From: Chiloscyllium plagiosum
Taxonomy: Eukaryota
Direction: 5' to 3'
Length of the DNA stretch: 64,000 bases
NCBI RefSeq assembly: GCF_004010195.1
Contig: NC_057750.1
Coordinates: 6,912,940 to 6,976,939, forward strand
Shown: positions 11,390 through 22,849 of the stretch, one piece after another
How positions within the stretch are numbered: the stretch's first letter is position 1
How the letters are laid out: each line of letters begins with the position of its first letter
Notes under the pieces: generated by a model
Seen by the model: only the letters and a program-made list of their open reading frames with translations
Database searches by the model: none
Told to the model about the DNA's origin: nothing
Translations under genes and position numbers: made by a program

Positions 11390-12080
11390 ATTCACCATCA
11401 GATTTCACACTCTGTCGGTCACATATTCCATAGGGTTTGGCAGATCACACTCCCAAAGGATCACAAGCTTCAGCAGACCATGTACTACACTAGATCACAC
11501 TCTAAGATGGTTCACTCTGCTAGGTCACACCCACCCACACAAAAATCCATTAAATCACTTAATCCCACTAGATTACACACGATTGGATTTCGCAGTCCAC
11601 CACAACTCTTAGGCAAAAGAGAGGACTGCAGATGCTGGAAACCAGAATTTAGATTAGAGTGGTGCTGGAAAAGCACAGCAGGTCAGGCAGCATCCGAGGA
11701 GCAGGAAAATAGACGTTTCGGGCAAAAGCCCTTCCATCACCACAACTCTTAGTCTACCGGATTATGCAATATTAGATCATATGTTCTACTAGATCACATA
11801 CATCACTCATACTACCTGATTACACATTGTATTAGGTCTTACACGCCACTCAATAACACACATTCACTAGATCTCTCACTCCGTTAGACCACACACTCCA
11901 CTAAATGACACCAGATCCACTAGATCACTCATTTCACTGGTTTATACACTCTATTCGATTGTACACTCCACTAGATCACTTATTTCACTGGATTACACAC
12001 TGTTAGATCACACCCTCTGCTCATTGTCTAGTAGATTAAGCATTCCACCAGCTCACGGTTCCCACCAGATCACACTCCAG
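11390..12080. repeat. Degenerate tandem array of about 17-19-bp units (CACTAGATCACACTC-like)
   Basis: Recurrent TAGAT(C/T)ACAC motifs at regular spacing, interrupted by the insertion at 11613-11737. Confidence 0.65.
11613..11737 (-). mobile_element. Family-A PLE derivative with 15-bp TSD
   Basis: CACCACAACTCTTAG at 11598-11612 and 11738-11752; ends just past GGGCAAAAGCCC. Confidence 0.8.
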
Positions 12081-12156
12081 CTTCAGTTGACAGATTAGCA
12101 GGAACGCCTTACCCACACAGTGGCCATTGATGGACGTGACCTTTGCACCCTCTCAC

Positions 12157-12163
12157 CTGTCAT
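12157..12163 (-). CDS. Candidate alternative EML start exon (coding part ATG ACA G only)
   Basis: Minus strand atcaacATGACAG|gtgaga: A at -3, strong donor, phase 1 compatible with the 2252 acceptor (gives MTDDSVSATSSMDVDDR). Lies in a non-repetitive island. Too short to be sure. Confidence 0.3.
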
Positions 12164-13222
12164 GTTGATATTGTCTGCAGCATTCAATCCACCAGCTGAT
12201 GAGCGAGCAGGGCCCACATCCCCACACTGGCCACCTTCTATTCCACACGATTAATGCAGTTTAAAGCTCAAGATTTCTCTTCCTCCATCCACAATGCGTC
12301 AAGATGCTTCGTCATTATCCCCAGTACTGGCTCCGGCCCAGACACTGAATTAGCCCAGGGATAATGGATAGCATAATCTCCTTAAAGCGATTCAGAGATT
12401 ATTACCCAGCCCTCTCGTGGGTAAGGTGGGTCGGCGTTTTTCAAATACCTGGAGCCAGCCACTCATAGAACGAGAAATGACAAAAAACAAAGTCCCAAAT
12501 CCTGTAGCTCAGTGACACAGGTTGGCACTCTAACTTAACAGTGCTGCCATAAATAACGCTTCAAGGTGCACTCTCTTAAATTGGAGACCACAACAATCAC
12601 CAGCAACCTCTGACACACAACGATAACTGCTTCAGTTGCTTAGAATGCACCTACTCGAAGATCAATTTCGACTTCCACCCACGGGAGTGTGCTGCCTTTG
12701 ACTCCAGATTCCAGTGTGTGTGTGTGTGTATATTTTATATATATATATGAGTGAGTGTGAGCACTCATTAACTCATTCAAAGCACTCTTATTTGTCAGTG
12801 AATATCTCCTCCTCCTCCTGCTCCTGTCCCTCCCCACTCCCTTTGACAAGCCATAACAACAGGGCCATCTGGAGCCTTCCCAAGGCCAGCAACTGCAACT
12901 TACTTTTAAATGAGTTAAGAACAGAAATGCAGGAATAGAAATTGTGCTGCTCTCTCAATATCCAGGATTTCTTTCAGTCTTTAATGTGAAAAAGATATTA
13001 CGGCCACTATTTATTACCCATGTTTTGAACAGAGCAGTTTACTTGGCCATATCAGGCGGAAACGTGGGTCTAGAGTCACATGTAGGCCCAGACAGGGTAA
13101 AGATGGCAGAACTCCATTCCCAAAAGGGCAACAGTGAACCAGATGGGTTTCTAAAGACAATCCAGTAGTTTCATAGGTACCATCACTGATTAATCTGGAC
13201 TGAAACAAAAGCGTGTTATATA

Positions 13223-13376
13223 AAGAGGTACCTCCATTATCTGAACGTCGATTATCCGAATTTCAGATTATCCGAACAAGATAGCTCCCCACGGCCATCA
13301 GATCAGCTATCCAAACTTCGATTATCCGAAGAAAATACTCCCCGCCTGTGTCATTTGGATAATCAAGGTTCCTCTG
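13223..13376. mobile_element. Tc1/mariner-pogo type MITE
   Basis: TA flanks; imperfect TIRs AAGAGGTACCTCCATTATCTGAA and TTTGGATAATCAAGGTTCCTCTG; internal GATTATCCGAA repeats. Confidence 0.75.
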
Positions 13377-14159
13377 TAATTAACCGGACTGAATACCATG
13401 GTGGCATTTGAACTCTTATTCAAGGCCTTTGGTATTACTAACGTAGGAACATATCCAAACCCATATTTCCCGAAAAATGTTGCCTAGTCAAACAAACTTG
13501 AGTCTTGCTGTGAACACTATGCTGTCAAAGTTTCTCCTTCTTCTGATCATCAGGACACATACAAGGATGCCACATTTCAAACATATTGCAGGAGTACAGG
13601 GTACTGATTCTTGGTAAGTCAACTCCGATTGGCTAAGGTATTGCCATGGAGAAAGCAACTGGGAACTATAGGCTGCCTAAGCTCCTGTGAAAAGCTTCAG
13701 CCTCACATCGCTATCTGCAGGGACATCCAAGATAGAACAATAAAATATCCATTATCCCACTCAACCCACCCCTATCCTGTCACTGCCCTATCCTTACCAA
13801 ACTCTAATGGCTCCTTTAACCCTTTTAAATCCTTCCAATTTCTTTATCCAAGCAGCAAAGACAGTGTGGAACCTGTCCCCACAGGGAGTGATTGAGTTGA
13901 ATCACATTTATGCCTTTGAGGAGAAGCTAGACAAGCACATGACAGGGAAAGGATTGGAAGGATTGGTTGAAAACAGTGACATGAAGAGAGGACAGTAATT
14001 TGAGAATCAACAAACACAGACCAGTTGGACCAAATGGTCTGATTCTGCACTCTAAGTAATCCCAACGTGTATTCCAGGAACGATCGATCTCCCAGTCAGG
14101 ATATTACTAATCTCTGGAATCCTCACCACTTTACATTGTCTAAAACAAAATGCATCCCA

Positions 14160-14427
14160 CCCTAGGGTGACTGACTGTGTGGAGTTTGCACATTCTCCCC
14201 GTGTCTGCATGGCTTTCCTCCGGGTGCTCCAGTTTCCACCCCCAGTCCAAAGATGTGCAGGTTAGGGTGAACTGGTCATGGGAAATTGCCTATTGTGTCC
14301 GGAGATGATCAGATTAAGTGGATTAGCTATGGGAAATGCGAGGTTATAGGGAGCGGTGCTCTTCAGAGGGTTGGTCTGGACTCAATGGATCAAATGGCCT
14401 GCTTCCACACTGTTGGTATCCTATGAA
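14160..14427 (+). mobile_element. HE1-like SINE, 5'-truncated
   Basis: TGTGTGGAGTTTGCACATTCTCCCCGTGTCTGC core and GGCCTGCTTCCACACTGT tail. Confidence 0.8.
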
Positions 14428-14813
14428 TTGGAACTTTCAGGCACTTAATCATTCTCTGCTCAAGCCATGTAACATGTTCTAAAGGATTCATTACTGTTCT
14501 GTAAATGCAGGAACAGTTTATAATGAAGCCAACTCTGGATTAAAACTGCTGCTGTTACTTGGAGACAATCTGTAAACCTGTTCTTATGGCACACATATAC
14601 CTGCCATCTGGTATAGAGTTGATTCAACGTAATTATTCTATAGTGCATTCCCTGAATGTTATACAGTTTCTAATACATTCTGTGTCCATTTTATTGATGG
14701 CATGGGTTAACTTAAATATCAGGGTTTTGTATAATTAAAAGAAGACAGCCTCGCATTTATGTTATGCTTATCATGGCCATTGCCCACCTTAAAATGTTTT
14801 ACAGCCAATTAAA

Positions 14814-15108
14814 GGGAGGCACAGTGGCTAGCACTGCTGCCTCACAGCACCAGGGTCCCAGGTTCGATTCCAGCCTTGGGCAACTGTCTGTGTGGAGTTT
14901 GCACGTTCTCCCCGTGTCTGCGTGGGTTTCCTCCGGGTGCTCCGGTTTCCTCCCACAACCCAAAGATTAGGTGAATCGGCCGTGCTAAATTGCCCGTAGT
15001 GCTAGGTGCACTAGTCAGAGGGAAATGGGTCTGGGTGGGTTTCTCTTCGGAGGGTCGGTGTGGACTGGTTGGGCTGAAGGGCCTGCTTTCACACTGGAAG
15101 GAATCTAA
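14814..15108 (+). mobile_element. HE1-like SINE
   Basis: tRNA-like head with B box GGTTCGATTCC, family core and tail. Confidence 0.85.
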
Positions 15109-15338
15109 TTTTTTTTAAAAAAATACTTTTGATGTGAGCCACGGATGTGTAGCTGTGAATTTGTGCACAGCATTTCCTAAAAACAACATTGTGATAAAGA
15201 CCAAATTATCTGCTAACGTTAGCTCCATAATAAGAGAGATGCTCACCAATGATTTTAATGCAAATGTTGCTGGCCAGACCAGCAGTTATTAGCCATCCTT
15301 AATTCAACAGTAGCTTGGAGTCAACCACACTGCTGCAG

Positions 15339-15680
15339 GGTGGCACAGTGACTCAGTGGTTAGCACTGCTGCCTCACAGCACCAGGGACCTGGGTTCAAT
15401 TCCATCCCTGGGTGGTTGTCTGAAATGAGTTTGCATGTTCTCCCAGTGTCTGTGTGGGTTTCGTCCGGATGCTCTAGTTTCCTCCCACAGTCCAAAGATG
15501 TGCAGGTTAGGGTGGATTGATCATGCTAAATTGCCCGTGGTATTTTGGGATGTGCAGGCTACGTGGATTAGCCATGGGAAATGCAGGGTTACAGGGTAGG
15601 GGGTGGTGGGTCTTGATACAATGCTGTTCGGAGAGTCAGTGTGAACTCGATGGGCTGAATGGCCTGCTTTCCACAGTGTA
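15339..15680 (+). mobile_element. HE1-like SINE
   Basis: A box TGACTCAGTGGTT, B box GGTTCAATTCC, family core. Confidence 0.85.
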
Positions 15681-17417
15681 CGAAGTCACATGTGGACCAT
15701 ACCAGATAAGGATAGCCCTAAATGGCATTAACAGAACAAATAGGTTTTTACAACAATTAACTCTGGTTACAAGGTCTCTATTTGATGAGCTTTTATTCAA
15801 GATTTTTACTGATTTCAAATTTCACCATCTACCATTTGGTGGGATTTGATCCAATGTTCCTCTAAAACAGTAACCTAGGGTTTAGGATTATTAGTTCAAT
15901 ACCATTACCATTGTCTGCAACATGCTATCATAGGACATTAAATAGAGATTGGGTCTTCTCTCTTAAATACCCTCCACACTTCCATCACCTCCTTCATACA
16001 GTGCATTGTGTCATCAGTCTGTCATTGACACTACGCCATCCAGAAGGTTAGAAACCCATTTAGGCTGTGAAACATACACCCCGTGTGCCCTCGAGAGGTT
16101 TCAATTAGGTTCGGTTTTTAGTCTGAAATTGAAACCATTAGCTCCATGTTGACCCTTGACCCCAGAAAGTGCTTTAGAAATAAAATTACAGTGAGGGAGA
16201 GAAAAAAAATCTAAAAGATCAGTCAATGTGAGGATACCGAACAAATGGCCACTTCTGTTCAAATGGCTGCAACGATAATAGTTACCAGCTGAAGAGAGGA
16301 AATAACAATGGAAGTCACTCGGCACATTCCACCTCAGTAAGGAGGGATGAGACACAATTAGGAGCACTCAAGGAGTTTATGAGTTCATTTCCCGGCAACA
16401 ATAAGAGTGGCCTTGTTATCCCCTGCAGTAGGTGCTCCACACAGTGTGGTGGTGACAAATACTACGGCCCAAGAAGGTCATTAATAAATCTAATAGGGAA
16501 TTCAGGAGAAACCTGCTTACCAGAACGAGTGTGTGTGGAACTGGGTACCACAAGAGCTTTGAGGTATAGATGCTTTATCAGGGGCAGCTTGGTGCACTCA
16601 AGAGGCAGAAAAGAATAAGGATAACAGTGGCTAAAGGTGCTCAATGAGGAGAGTGGAGGAGTTGTGTGTGAAACAAAGACCCTCAGGGAGGAGACGGTCG
16701 TGCATTCAGAGGCCCAGGCTAATGGTCTAGGGCCAGGGGTTCAAATCCCATCATAACAGCTGGTGGAATTTAAATTTAACTAATTAATATCAATCCAGCA
16801 AAGAAATCTGGTCTCAGTCATGGTGACCATGACAACTATCTTTAGTTGTTGTTGGAAATCCATCAGGCCCACTTAATTCACTTGTTTACTAATGTAAAGG
16901 ACAAGGCATTAAGAATTTAAAAGATTAAAAGTTAATTATTTGAAAACTACATTGGCAGTTTGGCCATCTATTTTCTCACAAGTTAAAAACTCAAATAAAT
17001 GTTGCAGGAGTAAGGGACGGTAAGTACGCTAAAGTAGACTGTGAAGAAGATCAGCAATAAATGTAAAAAAAAAAACAGCAGAAGGACACCATCATGGCCC
17101 ATTCGCAAGAGACTTTATGTTGGATTTGATGGATAGGAAAAAAAATCACTTTCACCTTTCATTTTGTATACAATGGCAACTAGATTTAATTAGGGAAGGA
17201 AATTTGACATCCTACATGTGACTCCAACCCACAGCAATATGGTTGGCTCTTAACTGCCATCTGAAATGGCTGGACAAGCTACTCAGTTCATGAGCTATTG
17301 GGCATGGCCAACAAATGCTGCCCTGGTCAACAATGCCCCTGTCCCATAAAATAATTTACAAACTTATTGTGTTTCAAAGTCTTCCTAAGTGTGCTACATA
17401 GCTATACAAGGAAATAG

Positions 17418-17600
17418 AGTCAAGATTAGAGTGATGCTGGAAATGCACAGCAGGTCACACAGCATCCGAGGAACAGGAAAATCAACATTTCGGGCAGGAG
17501 ACCTTCATCAGGATCCTGACCTGCCTGACCTGCTGTGCATTTCCAGCCCCACTCCAATCTTGTCTCTTATCTCCAGCATCTGCAGTCCTCACTTTTGCCT
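17418..17600. mobile_element. Palindromic family-A PLE derivative
   Basis: Inverted arms; flanked by AAGGAAATAG direct repeats; hammerhead-like TTTCGGGCAGGAGACCTTCATCAGG near the centre. Confidence 0.75.
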
Positions 17601-17641
17601 ATAAGGAAATAGCTCATCGCTTCACTCCCTGTAAATACCAA

Positions 17642-17963
17642 GTTAAAAATGACACAACACCAAGTTATAGTCCAACAGGTTTATTTGGAATCACTAGCTT
17701 TTGGAGCGCTGCTCCTTCATCAGGTGGTTGTGGAGTGTAAGATCGTAAGACACAGGATTTATAGCAAAAGTTTACAATGGGATGTAACTGAAATTATATA
17801 TTGAAAAAGACCTGGATTGTTTGTTAAGTCTCTCATCTTTTAGAATGGACATGTTGGTTTCAGTTCAGAAGCTAGTGCTTCCAAAGAAACCTGTTGGACT
17901 ATAACCTGGTGTTGTTTGATTTTTAACTTTGTACACTCCAGTCCAACACCAGCACCTCCACAT
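17642..17963. mobile_element. PLE-like derivative, family C, with inverted arms and 12-bp TSD
   Basis: TGTAAATACCAA at 17630-17641 and 17964-17975; arms GTTATAGTCCAACAGGTTT and AAACCTGTTGGACTATAAC. Related pieces at 9777-9830 and 46290-46440. Confidence 0.75.
17692..17726 (-). ncRNA. Minimal hammerhead ribozyme-like motif (family C), one core substitution
   Basis: CAC CUGAUGA A GGAGC AGC GCUCC AAAA GC UA GUG. Stem I CAC/GUG and stem II GGAGC/GCUCC pair perfectly, AGCU is a palindrome, and GAAA has become AAAA (consistent with CpG decay). Confidence 0.6.
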
Positions 17964-19134
17964 TGTAAATACCAAATTAATTAATCTCAGTAAGGGTGTT
18001 ACAAGTCCAATTTAAATTAAAAATTCACTCCCATTGTTAGTACAGCAAGTAGTTATGAAGGTGCTTGGGTTTAACTAATTAATTAATTGACTGGATAGAT
18101 ATATAGAGGGGATACAGGTGGACTGGTGGAAGGAAGGAGCTATAATACTGAATAGTTATTAAACTCTATCCACAAATCTTATAATTGGTACAATTCCTAA
18201 TGCTTGATCAGTATCACCATTTTCTCTTTGAATCTTCTATGTGATGTGTAATTTTGAAAGCCTTGTTATCTAATTTAGAGCAATTAATTGCATTATGCTA
18301 TTTTGAATTTCACTTAAAACACCTGCTGCCCATTCCCAGAAATTCCTGGCTGCATTTGTCTGCTATCCTAGAACTGGACTGGCCTGGCTCATACAAATGC
18401 ATTGTAAAGAGAAACAAATTATAGTGGACAAGGCAATAAAGAAATGAATAGACATGGGATAAGGGGCACTGGCTAAAGTCTGAACTGACAATGCATGGGG
18501 GTAAAGGGGGGTGAATTTGCCAATAAGCAGTCTTGGGATATGTGTGAATATATGAACGTTATGGTAATTAACACCACAGTGAAAAGATCCCTTTTGTATT
18601 CGAGGGTGTGAAAGAAATCACACATTGATATAGATGAGATGCTTCATGAAATAGCTAACAGACCAATCTCGTTGTAAATTAACACCTGCTAGCACACTCT
18701 GTAATGGTGTTGATGGTGGTGCGTTTGGGGGGGGGGTTACAGTCCAGAATAATTGTTTCGAGAAGAAATCCCAAAATTCCGTCAGTAATAAATGATCATC
18801 CTCTGACTTGAGAAAGGACTATAAATAGCTCGACTTTATCTGAAATCTGATTGTCCTGCATTCAGTGACAAGGGCGTTCATTAAGCCAGAGGTTTCAAAG
18901 GAAATTCAACGAGCTTTACAGCATCATGCAAGGCCACCAGAAATAAAACTTAATCTAGGGACATAGAACATTATGAAAGAGAAGGGCAGAAATAGGGTAA
19001 ATGTCGGGTTAGGTAATTGGTAGTGATAGAGAAATAACAATTTCATAGCATGGCAACCAAACTGTTATGCCAAAGTTAGTAGGCACTTACTACATACTTA
19101 AAAATATCTGAACAAGTCATAAAGTAAAGATCGT

Positions 19135-19460
19135 GGGCGGCACGGTGGCACAGTGATTATCACTGCTGCCTCACAGCGCCAGAGACCCAGGTTCAATTCC
19201 TGCCTCAGGCGACTGACTGTGTGGAGTTTGCACATTCTCCCCGTGTCTGCGTGGGTTTCCTCCGGGTGCTCTGGTTTCCTCCCACAGTCACAAAGATGTG
19301 CAGGTCAGGTGAATTGGCCATGCTAAATTGCCCGTAGTGTTAGGTAAGGGGTAAATGTAGGGGTATGGGTGGGTTACGCTTCGGCGGGTCGGTGTGGACT
19401 TGTTGGGCCGAAGGGCCTGTTTCCACGCTGTAATGTAATGTAATGTAATCTAATCTAATC
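19135..19460 (+). mobile_element. HE1-like SINE, full length
   Basis: Head GGGCGGCACGGTGGCACAGTG...GGTTCAATTCC (Pol III A/B boxes); tail GGGCCGAAGGGCCTGT shared with the CR1 3' end at about 990-1005; terminal (TAATG/TAATC)n. Confidence 0.92.
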
Positions 19461-21124
19461 TGACATGTAATTCACCTATACATATGTTGGGCAATTATAA
19501 AGGATCACATTATGGCAGATGAAAGGTTTACAGAATTTGGACCAAGTGATACAACTTGGCGTTTTCAGAGGCAGCGTGGCTACAGAGTTGGCCAGCCTGC
19601 GAAGTGGGACTCTCGCTTCCACGCAACATTCGGCAGGGGTAGCCCAGAGGAGGCACTCTGGCAGTGACATGGTAAAGGCTGGTGTAGCCCGGGCAGGACT
19701 GTAGCAGAGAAGGAAAAGATGGACTTAACTTATCTTCTTTTATCTTTTTTATTTTAAGTCAATGTGAATTGGGCCTGTGCATGACAATGGAACACACTTT
19801 TCACCAAATTTCATGTTGAATACATGAGACAATAAATGATTCGGTTCAATTCAACAGGACAAGGCTATTTGACCCACAGGTAACTTGGCACCGTAGTAGC
19901 ATGTATCCAGAAGGAGTCAGTGAATGGAGGAGTACTGTTATTATAGAGGAATCAGGGAATGCCACTGACAAACACAAACATTGATTGAATATACAAGATG
20001 AGGAACAGGAGCTGAGATCCGTGAGGTAAAGATGCAGAAACCCAGAAAAGACGGTTTGAATTCGGAAAGTGGTTCTGGAGGTGAACATGGCCTTAGGAAA
20101 AGATCATAAGCTTACAAAAGGAATCCTAATCATAGAGAGGGGCTCTCTTGCAGCTGTAGTGCAAAACAGGGTAGGAAGATGAGTCAAGGTTGGAGTTTGA
20201 CAAGAATTAGGAATACGGAACAGGCCAGGAATACCAGGAGAAGTAGAAGCCCTTACAATCGAGAAGTTTTAATGGTTACAAACAAGTTAGATGATAAGTT
20301 GACAAGGAACGTAAAACAAAAAGAGCTGGAGGTGGAATGAATTTGGTCTATACACAAGAATATCAGATAGGGCTCAGCCAGACTTATCACACAGATGGAA
20401 ATGCACAAGAAAAGTGATCCCTGATGGCATATATCAGGCTAATGCCACATTACAGGCTCAGTATCCTAAAGAGAAACTGGTTAACAAGATATTAAAATGA
20501 CTGCCATACTGCAGGAGAAGTGATCCTGAATATTCCCTTACCTCTGTTCGCAACATACTGCTGGAAATTTAAGTCATTAAAGCTACAGGGAGACATTTCC
20601 AAAGGGAGACATTCTGAAGCCAGCTAAAGTAGTAGGTAATATAGAAGGGAAGCTGTGGAAATTAAACAAATGTGTTTCCGTGTTCAATGTTGCAATAATA
20701 GTTTAGCATTTTTCAGTCAGGTCCATCTTTCTGAAAGTAGGTTGCCTTCAGCTTAAAGCAGACCCAGCAACCTTCTACTGGTATCCCAAAGAGAAACTGG
20801 CAGACATCTTTACAATGCACAATGATGACTTTCTGAGGGGAAGTTCTGCAAAGTTTAAACAACAGATAAAATTTTTTAAAAAATTAAATTAGGCTTCAGG
20901 AGACTTCAAATATATTGGATTTGACATAAAGCAAAATAACTTAAGTGTTGCTTCAAAGTAACTCCTAAGAAGTTTGATTGGAAATCTAGGGTTGGTTCAC
21001 AGACTAATTTTATGGATACATGTTTGAGTACAGAATAATTTACAATTTTCCTGCTGGGAAAGAATAATACATGTTGTTCAGGGAAGTTAATAAAAATAAA
21101 AAGAGTAGTTGAAAGAGCCATTAA

Positions 21125-21480
21125 TGTTCAGTAGCAGCAGTGCACCATCCTCAAAACGCACTGTAGAATTTACCTAAAGATCCTCAGACGGCACCTTCCA
21201 AATCCACGACCACTTCCATCTAGAAGGACGAGGGCAGCAGCTACATGGGAACACCACCCCCTGCAAGCTCCCCTCCGAGCCCCTCAACATCTTGACTTGG
21301 AAATATAATGCTATTCCCTCACTGTCGATGGGTCAAAATCCTAAAATTCTATCTCTAAGGGCATTGTGGGTCAATCCACAGGTGGGTTGCAGCGGTTCAA
21401 GGCGGCAGCTTACTAGGGACGGGCAATAAAAACTAACCCAGCCAGTGACATCCACAGCCAACAAATTAAATGTTTTAAAA
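21125..21480 (+). mobile_element. L2/CR1-group LINE 3' end inserted into the Copia RNase H region
   Basis: Same block as 1140-1395; separates KIKRVVE from LAAQTL. Confidence 0.72.
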
Positions 21481-21899
21481 ATTTAGCTTAGCTGCTCAAA
21501 CATTGGCCTAGCAGAAACTATAGCTACTGGGGTATATTTATCAATTATTCTAAAGGAAATCCTAAACAAGGGGCAAGCTGAGAAGGGGTTGTCCATAGGT
21601 TGTTATGTGGGCAACTGTTTTCTTTGAAACAAAGTGCGTTTGGCAGTTGAGATTTGGCCTTGCTATTATGAAGAAAATGTTCCTAAAATTGTGACTTAAT
21701 GCAAGTCACCAATTCTAAGATTATATAACAAAAAAAGGCTCTTGATCCAATAAATTATTGGAGATCCTTTGTAGGGTGCTGTCTCATGGTATAGGATGTT
21801 ATAGGACGATGAATAAAAATCATTTTTGTTTGGATTGTTTTGTGATTAAATATAGTGCGATATTTTTATTTTTAAAAATATGAAATGCAGAAGGTTGAC

Positions 21900-22556
21900 T
21901 TAGAGTCATAGAGATGTACAGCACAGACACAGACCCTTCGGTCCAACTCATCCATGTTGACCAGATATCCGAAATTAATCTTGTCCCAGATGCCTTTCAA
22001 ATATTGGAATTGTATCAGCCTCTACCACTTAGTCTGTTGGCTCATTCCGTACATGCACCACACTCTGCGCGAAAAAGTTGCCCCTTAAGTCCCTTTCAAA
22101 TGTTTCCCCTCTCACCCTAAACCTATGCCCTCAAGTTTTGGACTCCCCTACCCTGGGGAAAAGTCCTTGGCTTCTTACCATTTTCATGCCCCCCACGATT
22201 TTATAAACCTCTAAGGTCACCCCTCAGCTTACGATGTTCTATGGAAAATCACCCGAGCCTATTCAGCCTCTCCCTGTAATTCAAATCCTCCAACCCTGGT
22301 AACATCCTTGTAAATCTTTTCCCTTTCAAATTAAACATCTTTCCTATAGCAGGGAAACCAGAATTGAATGCTATATTCCAAAAGTGGCCTCACCAATGTC
22401 CTACACAACCACAACTTGACCTCCCAACTCCTATACTTAATGGACTGACCAAGTGGATCAAACACCTTCTTTACTATCCTGGCTATCTGCGAATCCACTT
22501 TCAAGGATATGTGCACCTGTACCAAAGGTCTCTCTGTTCAGCAAGATTCCCCAGGA
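21900..22556 (-). mobile_element. CR1 LINE 3' fragment
   Basis: ORF 22331-22525 LVRPLLEYSIQFWFPCYRKDV; tail TAGAGTCATAGAG. Confidence 0.88.
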
Positions 22557-22849
22557 GTATGAAAAATATTGTGACTGATTGGTCGTATTGCAAGGTAAAA
22601 CAAAATATGGGAAAATAGATTGAATAAAACTAATGCAAGTTAAACAATGATTGTTTGTCTATCTTCAGTTGGAATCACACTCCAGCTTCAAGAGTCTACC
22701 TATTGTGCTTAATTCATCTGTGAACCGGTCTCCAGGACAACTAAGGGCATGTCACTGCTGTCCCGGGACAGATTTTAAGTTTTAACAAATTACTTCAGGG
22801 GAGGGCAATCTGTTCATATAGTGAAGAGTTAAGAGGTGACTGGGGCTAA

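Larger units (their letters stand above)
18901..21780 (+). mobile_element. Decayed Ty1/Copia LTR-retrotransposon pol (probable integrase tail, RT, RNase H)
   Basis: Hand translation: EIQRALQHHARP (18901), VIGSDREITIS*HGNQTV (19013), WNEFGLYT...SHRWKCTRKVIPDG (about 20333-20430), ILKPAKVVGNIEGKLWKLNKCV...KADPATFYW...IFTMHNDDFL (20611-20835), FKYIGFDIKQ, KIKRVVE (about 21093), LAAQTL/LAETIATGVYLSIILKEIL (21488 on). Interrupted by younger insertions. Confidence 0.75.

Noticed and set aside
12449..12466. ATG AGT GGC TGG CTC CAG|gtattt as a coding start exon
   Set aside because: Phase 0, so it is incompatible with the phase-1 acceptor at 2252. It could only be a non-coding exon or a uORF.
19135..19205. 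tRNA gene
   Set aside because: The A/B boxes are the head of a multi-copy SINE and run straight into the SINE core; the same applies to all other copies.
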